A stretch of DNA of 64,000 nt from Gracilinanus agilis (taxonomy: Eukaryota): the NCBI RefSeq assembly GCF_016433145.1, contig NC_058131.1:138045794-138109793 (forward strand), read 5' to 3'. Under the pieces are notes generated by a model, which saw nothing but the letters and a program-made list of their open reading frames with translations, was not told the origin of the DNA and made no database searches. Of this stretch, positions 38,225-49,719 are shown one piece after another. The translations under genes and the position numbers were made by a program. The stretch's first letter is position 1. Every line of letters starts with the position of its first letter.

Positions 38225-38690
38225 TTAGAGCTCTCCTTGGTTGGTCATTGTCCTTTGTACTCAAAGAACACCAAAATCACTAGTGATGTCTTTTGAATCA
38301 TGCATAAATTGGATTTAAATGAGGCAAGTTGAACAAATCTCACTTCCTCTTCTGGAATCATTGAAATCCATTGGCAAGACAAAAGTCAAAATGACTGGGG
38401 ATGACTCAAGATGTAGTGAATGACCTTGGCTTCTTCACTATGTAACCAAGCTTTAAGAGCTCCACAGTACCTGCTTCTGCCACCTTCATGGCCACTGGAA
38501 CAAATTGTTCTCTTCTGCTCTTTCCACCAGGGGAAGTCTTCACATACCTAGGGTAGATCCTCCTAACTCCCAGATGGATTTGAGGCCCATCAGTTACCCT
38601 GAGTTCCCTCCTGAGACAGTTTACCTGCCTCCCGAGACAGTTAACAAGGTGTATGTGCTACAGTTTTTTGGAACCACAGTTGAGAGCTGG
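38225..38690 (-). mobile_element. Marsupial RTE-related SINE (WALLSI/Mar-type)
   Basis: gttggtcattgtcctttgtactcaaagaacaccaaaatcac...ggatttaaatgaggcaag. Same family as 22660-23175. Confidence 0.7.
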
Positions 38691-39109
38691 ATGGCTCTCC
38701 TAAAGTGGAATAAGCAGTTGGAGGAAATAATGTGTTCTCCCTCATGGAGATCTTCAGAGAAAAGCACTTAGATTGCCTATCTGTTAGGCACACCTCATTC
38801 TGACGTCTGATTTGGACTAGGTGGCCTCTGAGATCCCTTTCAGTTCTGAGATTCTGCAAAGGCAGCTGTATCTTCTGGGTATCTGCTGGAGTTAGCAGAA
38901 AGAGTTCTTGACTAGGACACACAGGAATATAGTTAATTAAACTTTCTCAGTCTCCATTTTGTCTGTCAATGTAATGTCCTGCCCCTCTAACTGCCATAAG
39001 ATACAAGATGGAAATTGGCAGTATGATCATTATTATTGTCATCATCATCACCATCATTATCAACAACAACCATCCTAGGCCTGTATATTATCACACAGTA
39101 GAAAAATGC

Positions 39110-39380
39110 TAACTTTATAGTCAGAAAACAGAAGTTCAAATCCTTCTTCAGATACTTTTCCTTGGCCAAGCCAATTAGCATTTTTTTAAGACTCAGTTTC
39201 CTCATCTGTAAAAATAGGTACAATAATAGCTCCAACCTCATAGAGTGATTATAAGAATCATATGAGATAACCAATGTAAAGTGCTTTACAAACTTTAAAA
39301 CAGCTATTATTGTTGTTATTCCCATTTTAGTGATGAGGAAACTAAAACTTGGAAAAGCTGACTTTCCTAGAGTTAACAAC
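39110..39380 (+). mobile_element. MIR remnants
   Basis: gaagttcaaatccttcttcagatac...ctcagtttcctcatctgtaaaaatagg...gtaaagtgctttacaaac. Confidence 0.7.
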
Positions 39381-40047
39381 AGAGCCAGCCCTACTGCCTC
39401 CAACTTCAGCATTTTTACACTGCGTGATATTTTGTTCTATTATCTTAGGTCTAAGGACTTCAATTCTACCTTATTACTCCTAGAATTTGTGGAAGAAGAA
39501 GGAAAGCTAGGCATAATATCAACTCTATATAGATCCTATAAAAAGGGGTTTGTTTTCCTTCTTATTTCTCTACTCTGCCAATAAGTAGAGGTGTGGTTTT
39601 GAGAAATTTCATTTTCTGGGCTTTGGTTTACTATAATATGAAGGGTTTGGAAAGAACTCTAAAGCTTCTTCTTACCCTATACTATAGAAGTCTAAGTAAT
39701 AAGATCATAGATTTAGAGCTATAAGGAATATTGAAGATCATATTGTCCTACCTCCTTATTTCACATCTGAGTAAACAGACTAGTAAACTAAACATATGAA
39801 TAAAATCCAGAGGTCCAAGTGAATTGATCAAAGTCACTTGGCTAGTTAAACCAAGTTCATAAGTATTTATTAAGTACTCAATATGTGACAAGCACTGGGG
39901 ACACACAAAAGGGCAAAAATAATCCCTGTCCTCAAGGAATTCACATTCTAATATGGCAGAGCTAGAAATCAAACCCAGGCTCTTGCTCTGTTAAAATCTT
40001 GTAATTTCCATTTCTCCATCTGGCTTCGTAGAATTCCTCATATTTAC

Positions 40048-40333
40048 AAATGAACAGCAATATATATCTCTTCCAAAAAAGGGAAAAATGTGTTCTTCAT
40101 TTGTATGCTGCTGTAAATATTCTTCCTGCTGCTGGTTAATGAGATTATATTTTGATATCCATCTTCTGATTTAAGAATCTCCAGCATCCTTCCTTGTTGA
40201 CACAATCTACCTATTCCTGAGAGAAATTCATAGTGAAAGAATTCCAGGTTGTAGAAGGTCCAAACGCCATTTGATAGGTAAATATGTTTTCTCATTTGGT
40301 TTCTGGTGAAGAAACACTTCTGCTACCTATTGC
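40048..40333 (-). pseudogene. Degenerate exon
   Basis: ttgcttctactaaag|GCAATAG...TCATTT|gtaaat. The phase-1 frame has one stop, then QKCFFTRNQMRKHIYLSNGVWTFYNLEFFHYEFLSG. An alternative frame reads IRRWISKYNLINQQQEEYLQQHTNEEHIFPFFGRDIYCCSF. Confidence 0.45.
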
Positions 40334-40546
40334 CTTTAGTAGAAGCAATAGAAATATCCATGCATGAGGGCTCCCTTGTTTCTAGGCTTGGCTTGGTGAT
40401 GGAGTGAAATTTTATTTGTAGGTTAAATGAATTTTCAGTTGGCTGACATCTGCTTAGTACTTTGAATATGACCTGCTCCCTTTTTTTTCTGGAGCCCTGA
40501 AAAGAAATTGTTACTGTTCATTTGAAACTATTTGGTAGCACTGCAC

Positions 40547-40747
40547 CTGAATTTTTGGATAATATTCATTTTCCTGAGTCAAGAGAGCTGCTTTTTAAAC
40601 TACTTCTTGTGATTTCGAAAGTGAGGACATTCCAGCGTACCAAGGGATTAACAGCATCTGCTGGGAAAAGCTCAAGGATGGGATTCTGAGGATAATCTCA
40701 AAAGTCATGTCTGAGTCTCTGCAGATTGAGATTCTGTTGATAAAGGA
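40547..40747 (-). pseudogene. Degenerate symmetric exon
   Basis: tttaag|TCCTTTAT...AATTCAG|gtgcag. 201 nt, phase 1-1: LYQQNLNLQRLRHDF*DYPQNPILELFPADAVNPLVRWNVLTFEITRSSLKSSSLDSGK*ILSKNS. Confidence 0.5.
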
Positions 40748-41212
40748 CTTAAAGCTCAATGAAAAATGAATGTTAGTAATACACAGTAGATACTTAATAA
40801 CCAAGTGTCTTATTAAAGGTAGTTGTGTCTTGTTACAAATAATGGAAGAAAAACACAAATGTGCATGCTAAATCATACTGGCAAATATGAGAAATACGCA
40901 AACTTAATCAATGTCTAACACTGATACTGGAGACCATATGATTTTTAAAAGCACATTTGATTTTCTAGTTAGATTCTGTCATCCCCTATCTGTCCTGCTC
41001 TTTTCTTCCTTGCTAGTAGTCTCCCTGCTGAACTAATTTATAATTATTTTGTATATATTTGTGTTTATTAACTTTATATTTACACTTTATACCTTTTTAT
41101 ATGTATTTGTTTCTTCAATTAGGATGGAAGTTACTTTCAAATAATAGTTTCTTTGTATAAGCATTGCTAGTGTCTAACTGTCTGTTACATATTACAGTGA
41201 TCTCTTCCACAT

Positions 41213-41391
41213 NNNNNNNNNNNNNNNNNNNNNNNNNNNNNNNNNNNNNNNNNNNNNNNNNNNNNNNNNNNNNNNNNNNNNNNNNNNNNNNNNNNNNNNN
41301 NNNNNNNNNNNNNNNNNNNNNNNNNNNNNNNNNNNNNNNNNNNNNNNNNNNNNNNNNNNNNNNNNNNNNNNNNNNNNNNNNNNNNNNNNNN
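41213..41391. other. Assembly gap (N run)
   Basis: 179 consecutive N. Confidence 1.
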
Positions 41392-41759
41392 TTTTAGCTC
41401 TCCCCTCATACCAAAGAAGTAAGAATTTTTTCTTTTATATTTATAGTATCTTATTATATATTTGGGATTAAGCATGCATTTCTGAGCTTCTAATCTTTTT
41501 TCTGTGTTGTCTGCAGCCTTCACATGTTGTCTGTAGCTTCTGTAAAATTCCCCAAAATTCTCACAATTTCTTATGCTGATCCTCAATATATCAAAACTGC
41601 CATGGGAAAAGTGTGTGGAAACTGAGGCCCAGAGAGATTAAGTGACTTCTTAAAGGTCACATATTCAGTTTAGGGGTAGATACAGGATCAGCATCCAGAA
41701 GCCCTAGTCTTCTAACTTGTAAAATGAATGGAGTAAAAGACTAAATGATCCCGAAGTTT

Positions 41760-41932
41760 CCTTTTTGTTGTTGTTCAGTTGGTCCCTGCTATATCTGACT
41801 CTGTGACTCTATTTAGGATTTTCTTGGCAAAGATATTGGGGTAGTTTGCCAATTCCTTCTCCAACTTATTTTATAGATGAGGAACTTAGGCAAACGGGGT
41901 TAAATGAGTTGTCCAGGGTCACATAGCTAGGT
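41760..41932 (-). mobile_element. Mar1 SINE
   Basis: ggattttcttggcaaagatattggggtagtttgccaattccttctcc. Confidence 0.85.
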
Positions 41933-41974
41933 CCCTACCAAAGATAATTCTATGATGCTACAATCCTCTCTCTG

Positions 41975-42088
41975 AGGCCACTGATCCTTCCATTGTGCAC
42001 ACTATTGCATAATATAGATGCTTTTGCCCAAGTCATTAAATAAAAGTATTAAATAGCAAAGGGCCAAACACAAATACCTGAGGCATTC
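41975..42088 (-). mobile_element. CR1/L3 RT fragment (target of the hAT MITE)
   Basis: Minus-strand SRGMPQVFVFGPLLFNTFI.DLG resembles the CR1 RT motif GVPQGSVLGPLLF..FINDL. Confidence 0.7.
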
Positions 42089-42096
42089 CTCTAGAG

Positions 42097-42288
42097 CAGG
42101 GGTCAGCAACCTTTTTGGCCGTGAGAGCCATAAACGCCTGCGAAAGGAGGAGGATGGAGGCAGAAGGCGCTGGAATATGGGGCGGGGGCTGAAGGGTCCC
42201 CTGGGGTATATCCTGGGGCTCTGCCCGGTCTGGCAGGTCGGGAGGTGGAGCCAGATTTGGCTTGAGAGCCATACATTGCCGAACCCTG
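42097..42288. mobile_element. Young Charlie-group hAT MITE
   Basis: TIRs caggggtcagcaa / ttgccgaaccctg and a perfect 8-bp TSD CTCTAGAG (42089-42096, 42289-42296). Confidence 0.9.
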
Positions 42289-42489
42289 CTCTAGAGAATT
42301 CTATCAAGTTAATCTGGAATGAACTGCTTGCTATCAGAGCAGCTAAGTGGAACAGAGGATATGGCACTGGGCCTAGAGTCTGGAAGGCTTATATTCATGA
42401 GTTCAAAACTGACCTCCAATATATATGTATATGTACATGTATGTGCATATACGCACATGTGTTTGTCTTGAATACTGCAGTAAAATGTT

Positions 42490-43270
42490 TTCAGATTAAT
42501 CTTTCATGAAGATTTACCCCCTTTTACTTATTTCTTTATCCTAGATGCATTGATGTTCTTAGCACAGAAGTTTTTAAATTACACATGATCAAAATGATCT
42601 ATTTTATCTTTTGAAATTGCCTCTATCCTTTGTTTGGTTAAGGCTGCATTTCCCATAGCTTGTGAAAATTCTATGATCTGCTTCTCTTCTTAATTGTTTT
42701 TATGGTATGATGTAAGCCTAATTTTTCCAGCAGTTCTTATCAAATAGATCTTTCTTCAGTAATTTATATTTTGGGGCTTATAGAACACTGAATTACTGAG
42801 TCCCACTATTTCTTATTCTCCCTCGTGTAATGTTCTTTTAAATGTTCTTTTGACCTACTTTTCTCTTTTTTTCTTGACCATTACTGCCTGGTTTGGTGGC
42901 TGAGGCTTTATGATATTCTTTAATGTCTATAAAAGCTATTCCCCCTCGTTCCTATCTTTCAAAAACTTAAAAACACCTTTCTTTGTTCCTTTGTTCTTCC
43001 AAATGAATTTTCAAAAGGTATTTTTATTGACTTCTGAAAAGAATTCCTTTTAAATTCCATATAAACTATAAATTAGCCTTAGTATTATTATCATTTTTAT
43101 TATATTGGCACAACCCATCCATGAGTACTTAATTCCAGTTACTTAAGTTATTCTTTATATTTTTAAGGAGCACTTTGTAATTGAATCTATTCAAGTATTT
43201 CATATGCTTTGGTAGACTGACTGAAATATTTTGTGCATTTTAAATTTTATTTTTAATGTGATTTCCCTTT
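42490..43270 (-). mobile_element. Old L1 ORF2 remnant
   Basis: cctaatttttccagcagttcttatcaaatag and gatattctttaatgtctat... are reverse L1 ORF2. Confidence 0.7.
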
Positions 43271-44264
43271 TTATTACCTATAACTAGTTGCAGAAACAGA
43301 TATCACCTTGATGTGAGGAATGCTTTCCTAACAATTAGAGCAATTACAGAGTAGAATGGGCCATCTCATCTGGTGTGTGTGTATGGGGATAAGGGTGGGG
43401 GTGTTCTTCATTTGTTCAATTGGTAATTTAGTGATTACTTGTTGAAGATATTGAAAAGGAAATTGCTATTCAGGCAAGAGGTTGAGCATCATGTACTCTA
43501 ATGTTCCTCACAACTCAGATTCTATGGTATAACCAAAAGATTTTTGATTCAGAAAAAAAAGAGTTCAAAATTGGATCCCAACTCTTAGTAATTGTATAGT
43601 CCTGGTCTGGTCACTTAAATTCTCTGAGCCTCAGTTTCCTCATATGTAACATGAGGGTTATACTTGAGTATAACTTGAGTAATACTTGAATAAATTAAAT
43701 CCAAGTTGTTATAAGGAAAATGATTTGGAAACCCAAAAGAATTAGGTGAATATTAGAGGATATTATCCATTATTATTACTGTGAGTCAGAAGATCTGCAT
43801 TTTAATCCAGATAGTGTAATATCTTTGTGATGTTGAGTAAGTCATTTATCCTTTCAACCTTAGTTTCCTCATCTATAAAATAAAAGGATTAGACTAGAAA
43901 ATTTCTAAGGTCAAGGATTTCTTAGCTTTAAGATTCAGTTATATAAATATATCTTACTCTCTACCCTTTCAAATCTCTCTTTTTTCATGACTGGGGATTC
44001 TGCATCTGCCTCTAGTCTCTCCTGAGTGTTAGTTCCAATATCAGCAACTGTCAATTAAATATTTTAATATTGATGTTGGCTAAGTTTCTCAAATTCAACA
44101 TATCCAAAAAAGAATGCATTATCTTTTTTTCCCTAAGTCTGTCGTTCTTCCATACTATCTTATTTATATTATCAATATCCTTGCAAAAAATAAGTTTTTC
44201 GATCCAAATTCATATACAGCCATACACACCCCCTGGCCCCAAGGAAAGAAGCCATGTTCTATAG

Positions 44265-44477
44265 CAGTCATGGCAAACCTTTTAGAGACCAAGTGCCCAA
44301 ACTGCAACCCTCACATTGCATGTGAGCCCCTCCTCCATCTTACTCCAAACAGGAGAGGGAGGAAGCACTTCCATTGGGCTGCTAGGCTGAGGGGTGGGTC
44401 ATGTGAGAAATGTCCTCAGATGCCTGTGGAGAGGGGCAGGGGGGCAGCCCCCTCCAGCACACAGTATGCCAACACAA
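44265..44477 (+). mobile_element. hAT MITE (CAGTGATGGCGAACCT-like TIR family)
   Basis: Starts cagtcatggcaaaccttttagagaccaagtgccc. TSD ttctatag (44257-44264) / ctctatag (44478-44485). Confidence 0.8.
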
Positions 44478-44983
44478 CTCTATAGCATGAATCTGCAATG
44501 CCCAAGTTTCCCAGATCAGATTGGGATAATTCTCTATAAAACTTTTAAATCATTCAGTGCAAGTCAAGGTCTCTGTATATCTATCAGAATCTCATAGCTG
44601 AAAGGGTCAACACTATAACTTGAAATGTGCTGGGGAGATCAAAAGTAAAAATAGATTGCCTGCCTCCAAGGTGCTCACAGTCTTATCAGTGAGATGATGC
44701 ATGTTAATGGAATGACACAATTCTAAACAATGTGTTTTTAATCATAAAATAAGATTCACATGAATACTGAAGGGATTCCAAGTAGATCAGCAATTAGTAT
44801 CAAATACAACTATTTGATTTGGGAGAACTTCCCCTAATAGGAGGACTTATTGCTATCTGGGCCATTCTTTCTCTGGCAAAGGAAAGTAGTGGCAGAAAAG
44901 GTAAGTGTTCCTGATCAGGGGGCAGCTCAGAAGGGCACCTCTCTGTGATTGTAAGTCCCTAATACCTTGTTACCATGTTTCTT

Positions 44984-45178
44984 TCTTTTTTTTTTAATTT
45001 TAAACCCTTAACTTCTGTGTATTGACTTATAGGTGGAAGATTGGTAAGGGTAGGCAATGGGAGTCAAGTGACTTGCCCAGGGTCACACAGCTGGGAAGTG
45101 TCTGAGGCCAGATTTGAACCTAGGACCTCCTGTCTCTAGGCCTGGCTCTCAATCCCCTGAGCTACCCAGCTGCCCCCA
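44984..45178 (-). mobile_element. SINE-1_MD/MdoSINE with TSD
   Basis: 15-bp TSD gttaccatgtttctt at 44969-44983 and 45180-45194. Confidence 0.95.
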
Positions 45179-45937
45179 CGTTACCATGTTTCTTAAGGAA
45201 GAATAGAAAGCTTTTCTTTCTCTGGCTGGCAAATGTTTTGTTGTTCCTTCCTATTCTACACTGCTCTGTATTGTTTTTCGGTAAATGTATGTTTGCTAAA
45301 TGGAGAGTAGTTCTGGGAAAGCAGGGAGGAATTAAAGAAATGCTATTGGGAGTAATCCAGCTCATCACTTAACCGTAAAGGAAGGTTTGAAGGGGAAATC
45401 CAAGATACCAGAGAACTTGCTTTTCCATTTAAATATTCAACTCCCTATACATTTCTCCCCTGTACATAGTATCCTCCTAAGTAAAGAAAGCCTATTTTAG
45501 TGAATAAAGCATTGCTTTGCTATTGGAAGACTTGAGTTTAAACCTTCTACTTAATAGTGAGTTGATCCTGGATATTTAGTATTTCTGGGTTTCATTTTCC
45601 TCATTTTTCAATTATTGGCATTACCTAACTCATAAAATTGTTTCAAGGAAAGCTCTTTGGAAACCTTAAAACACTATGTAAATGTGAGTTGTTAATAAAC
45701 TCTTATTAGCCATTTATTATTTTATTTTGAACTGTTGTTCTCATTCATGATGGTTCTGCTTGTATAACGTGCCTGGCATGATCCTAAAGTCAAGATACCG
45801 AGTTTAATTCCCACTACTGACACTCACTGGCTATGTTAACTATAAACGAGTGCTCCGTATTTCACTAAGAACTTGGGATATGAATTTGAAACCAAACACA
45901 GTCAAACTCAAAGTGCATACACTCTAATAGGGAGAGA

Positions 45938-45939
<2 letters not shown>

Positions 45940-45980
<41 letters not shown>
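45940..45980. repeat. (CA)n microsatellite
   Basis: About 20 CA units. Confidence 0.95.
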
Positions 45981-45983
<3 letters not shown>

Positions 45984-46326
45984 CCATCTAGAATACTTGC
46001 AGGGATAGTATAGTGACTAATGCCATGCCCAAGTGAATTGGCATATCCCTTCTAGGAACAAAGAAAGAAAAAATTCAGCCATTATTTCAGAGCTGGAGGG
46101 CAGAGGGAAACACTAAGTATACAGTGAGTGAGCAATGGAGGATGGGGAGCTACCTGATATATTAGATCCCAGGAAGATGTAACAAATCAGAAGAATGGGT
46201 CCCTAGGGTAGAAATTTCAGAGATGAAGGACTAGAAATTCCAGTATGCTGTCTTTAGTCTAGGTGGCAAAGGGAACGGTGAAGTTGTCGGGAGGGTTCAA
46301 TGAGAGTTCAAAGGCATGAACATTAC

Positions 46327-46402
46327 CTCCTATCTTAACCCATTCACTGGTTGAATCTTGTACTGGAGTCTCAAGAGACATTGATTAATGGAGAAAAGGC
46401 AT
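46327..46402 (-). pseudogene. Degenerate exon with a probable 1-nt insertion
   Basis: cccaacttcattaag|ATGCC...ATAGGAG|gtaatg. 76 nt. Removing one T gives a 75-nt phase 1-1 exon, DAFSPLINVSETPVQDSTSEWVKIG. Confidence 0.5.
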
Positions 46403-46814
46403 CTTAATGAAGTTGGGTTTAAACATCTTGTCAGCAATAAAAGCTTAAGGCAGTTCTAGTGCAATAAGAAGCCTAGACACAGAGGGGAGTAGAGAAACTA
46501 TGTGGCCCCCTGTTTCATGTAGTCATTTTTTAGGGAAATCTCAATTGTACAGATTGGAAATAGTTCATCAGGGGTAGGGCCTGTTTCCCCAGAGCCCTCA
46601 GAGGGAGGGAGTGTAGAAAAGAGGTTATTTAATGTGCCATGCTGAAGGAGGAGTTAAGTGGAGAAGAAGAAAAGAATGCAATTAAGAAAAAGAGACAGCT
46701 TTGAGGATTTTACTCATGGGGCAACCTTTTTTCTAGAAAGTAACTTTCAATGCTCTTGGGTTCTGGCTAGAGGCAGTAGGAATCTTACTTCTGAAATGAG
46801 ATATATTGCCTTAC

Positions 46815-46949
46815 CCTTTAAAAGTCAGAGATTATTTGGAGAATAGCAGGATACGACGCTGTAAGATATTAAAGAAAAAACATCTTCACTGGCTCATAAT
46901 ATAGAAACAGAAGATGTTAAGACTTCATCTTTCAGTGGAACAATGTCTA
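46815..46949 (-). pseudogene. Degenerate symmetric exon
   Basis: ccattcatacaag|TAGAC...TTAAAGG|gtaagg. 135 nt, phase 1-1: VDIVPLKDEVLTSSVSIL*ASEDVFSLISYSVVSCYSPNNL*LLK. Confidence 0.55.
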
Positions 46950-48084
46950 CTTGTATGAATGGTATATAATATATATGTGGCATGACTTAAATCTATCCAA
47001 GATCAACCAAAAAAAACAGAATGCTACAATCTTATTATTTGTGTTATATCTCTATCAAATTGTTTAACTAGAGTTGATTGTTTGTATTTATGTTCTTAGC
47101 ATATTAAATATTGTGTATGATGTGTATGTGTATATGCATATTCATGTACACATTTAAGGCTGGTAGTTGGTCTTGAAAACAAGAATTTTTAAAAACTCAG
47201 ATGATTACTTCTCCAGGCTCAACAAACATCATTTGATGTAATAACAACCTCTAGTGAAGACAGTGATCATCAGTTAAATAAATAGATTCATAAGATGGAA
47301 GATCTAATTATCATAATCATAAACTAGTCATTTAATTCATAAAGGGACCTTAAAATTAATTTAATTCACCAATCTGTGTCAATCAATGAGGAACTGAAGT
47401 TCAGAAAAGTTGTGTCACATATTTAAGGTCACAACTAGTTAGATGGGTAAGAAGAGAGGGAAAAAGGTAGGCAGAGATAATTTATTAACTACTTAATATG
47501 TGCCAGGCAATCTGCTAAGCACTGGAGATACAAATACAAGTATGCAAAACATGTTCCCTATGGTAACTTACATTCTAATGGGATGTGGTAGTGGGAGAGA
47601 CCTACAGAAAGAGGTAGAGAAAGGAGGAGGAAGAAAAGGAGGACAAGGGATATAAGTTCATTGTGGCATGGTGGGAAAATGGATGGGAAGTGAAATGAGA
47701 GCCTGGTTCTATAAAAGATGAGTCAGAAGCTCACATATAAGAGCCCAGTATCCCAAGGGCAGAGTCCAAAATTTTGAGTAAGGAGAAAGGATGAGGAAGA
47801 TGGCTAGAATGAAAGCAGTATTATATGAAGATGGCCAACTTTTCCTGACTAGGTGCTGAGTATTATTTTAACTACATTGAGTTTGTTGACTTGACTTTCA
47901 AACTGATTATCAGTGGAGATTAACTGGCTCATGAATTTAAGCTACATTCCTATTGACTCTTCAGGACAGACTGGTGAAATAAGAGGCATACCATGTTTAC
48001 ATAACATATCTTTTCTTCCTAAAGTGAAGTCTACCACCATAATCTATAACCATTTCTAGTAGGGCAGAACTCTTACCTTCTGTC

Positions 48085-48255
48085 TTAGAATCAATACTAT
48101 GTGTTGGTTCTAAACCAACTAGGTAAGGGCTAGGTAATGGTGGTTAAGTGACATGCCCAGGGTCACACAGCTAGGAAGTTTCTGAGGCCACATTTGAACC
48201 CTGGACCTCCTATCTGTAGGCCTGACTCTCAGTTCACTGAGTCACCTAGTTGCTC
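48085..48255 (-). mobile_element. SINE-1_MD-type SINE
   Basis: ttagaatcaatactatgtgttggttct...cccagggtcacacagctaggaag...actgagtcacctagttgctccc. Confidence 0.85.
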
Positions 48256-48288
48256 CCAACAAGTCATTCATCAAATAATATTTTTATT

Positions 48289-48294
<6 letters not shown>

Positions 48295-48323
<29 letters not shown>
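48295..48323. repeat. (TA)n microsatellite at the start of an old L1 remnant (to about 48560)
   Basis: Directly visible TA run, followed by reverse L1 3' sequence. Confidence 0.85.
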
Positions 48324-48326
<3 letters not shown>

Positions 48327-48928
48327 GCTCTCTTGATTCTGCTCATTTTGCTCTGTTTTTCCACAATAAACTGATTCATCATTTTTAGGGTATAGTAGTA
48401 TTCCATTACAATGATATGCCACAATTTTATTTATCCATTTCACAACTAATAGGCATCCCTTCAGTTTCAGTTCTTTGCCTTCACAAAGAAAGCTGCTACA
48501 TACATTTTAGAACATATAGTTTGTTTTCCATTATCCTTGATCATCTTAGGAAATAAACCTAATTGTCGTCTTTTGCTGAGTCTTTTGCACCTCTTCTTTA
48601 AAATTCCTCATTTTGGTTATATATTACAGCCTACCTACCCCATCAGGTGCCTCTCCATTGCCTTCCATGTGATATGCATTCCATTTTGTGAAAGAACCCA
48701 GACCAGCCTGCCTTCATTTATCTCTCTACTTTATTCTTGATTCCATTTCAATTTCAAAAGCATGCTCCCAGAGTAGGTACATGCATTCCCTGTCCCTTGC
48801 TTTTCATCTCCCCTTTTAATGTTGTCTTTCTCCATTAGAATGTAAACTCCTTAGAGCAGGGACTATCTTTTTATTGCTTATATTTTATCCTCAATTTTTA
48901 GCACAGTGCCCAAAATTTAGTAAACACA

Positions 48929-49067
48929 NNNNNNNNNNNNNNNNNNNNNNNNNNNNNNNNNNNNNNNNNNNNNNNNNNNNNNNNNNNNNNNNNNNNNNNN
49001 NNNNNNNNNNNNNNNNNNNNNNNNNNNNNNNNNNNNNNNNNNNNNNNNNNNNNNNNNNNNNNNNNNA
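48929..49067. other. Assembly gap (N run)
   Basis: 139 consecutive N. Confidence 1.
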
Positions 49068-49452
49068 ATACCAAGAAGAATAATGGTATTAAAAGGATGG
49101 GCTTTTGCCACCCCTTCGGGACCCAAGTTTACATTTAAAGGAATAGTCTAAAGGGTTGTTATATTTTCAGAGACCTAATCTGGGGTGTTTTGGGGTGCCA
49201 TTTGCACTTGCAGAGATTCATTGCAGAGTTTATCCAACTAGGACTCTCATTATATGTGCTAATTTTATAAGGATCTATTCTAGTAGGAGAAAATCCTCAC
49301 TTTTTCCATTTTTAAAAAATTGTTATTGGATAGTCTATTTCCTGATATGCTTACTTTACAATGCTGACCAACTTCTTTGAGATAATGTATATATGATTAA
49401 ATGTTTAAGTACTGATTATCTGTTGTATTACTGCTACATTTCAAATATTCAG

Positions 49453-49719
49453 ATGAATATGAATAATGTTGATATTGCATCCCTAAGGCACTGGTGCCTG
49501 GCAATACAACTAGAACCATACAGAGAATTTCTAATTAAAAGAATGCCAGGTGACTTAGATGACAAGGATGTTGAGAGAATTTTACAAGATGCTGTTGATA
49601 TGTTGGAGAAATATGAAGTGCTCACTAAGATATATTATTTGAAAGACAAAAGTTTGTCTGTTTTCTACAAATTTCCTGAGAATATGGATACTTCTAAAAA
49701 TCTTGATAAGATAGTTTAA
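49453..49719 (+). CDS. PNMA/MOAP1-family N-terminal-domain protein (Ty3/Gypsy Gag-derived), 88 aa; in-frame upstream ATG at 49393 gives 108 aa
   Basis: SLRHWCLAIQLEPYREFLIKRMPGDLDDKDVERILQDAVDMLEKYEVLTKIYYLKDKSLSVFYKF aligns without gaps to the PNMA N-terminal pattern as I recall it (LLEDWCxGMDMxPRKALLIxGIPxxCxxxEIxETLQAxLxPLxxYRVLGRMFxRxxxxxAVxxEL). Acceptor ttcag|ATG at 49452/49453. AATAAA at 49718-49723 overlaps the TAA. Confidence 0.78.
   Translation: MNMNNVDIASLRHWCLAIQLEPYREFLIKRMPGDLDDKDVERILQDAVDMLEKYEVLTKIYYLKDKSLSVFYKFPENMDTSKNLDKIV

Noticed and set aside
38607-38643. About 21-bp direct repeat as a CRISPR-like or regulatory array
   Set aside because: It is a single local tandem duplication inside a SINE, in eukaryotic DNA.
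41164-41586. ORFs spanning N runs (also 48874-49126)
   Set aside because: Artefacts of assembly gaps.
42002-42509. Overlapping 78-121 aa ORFs in the GC-rich island
   Set aside because: Explained by the hAT MITE inserted in a CR1 RT fragment.
44812-44900. Signal-peptide-like reading GLIAIWAILSLAKESSGRK on the + strand
   Set aside because: There is no in-frame ATG (upstream TAG), and its best partner at 46868-46951 has a poor acceptor and overlaps a better-supported - strand exon.
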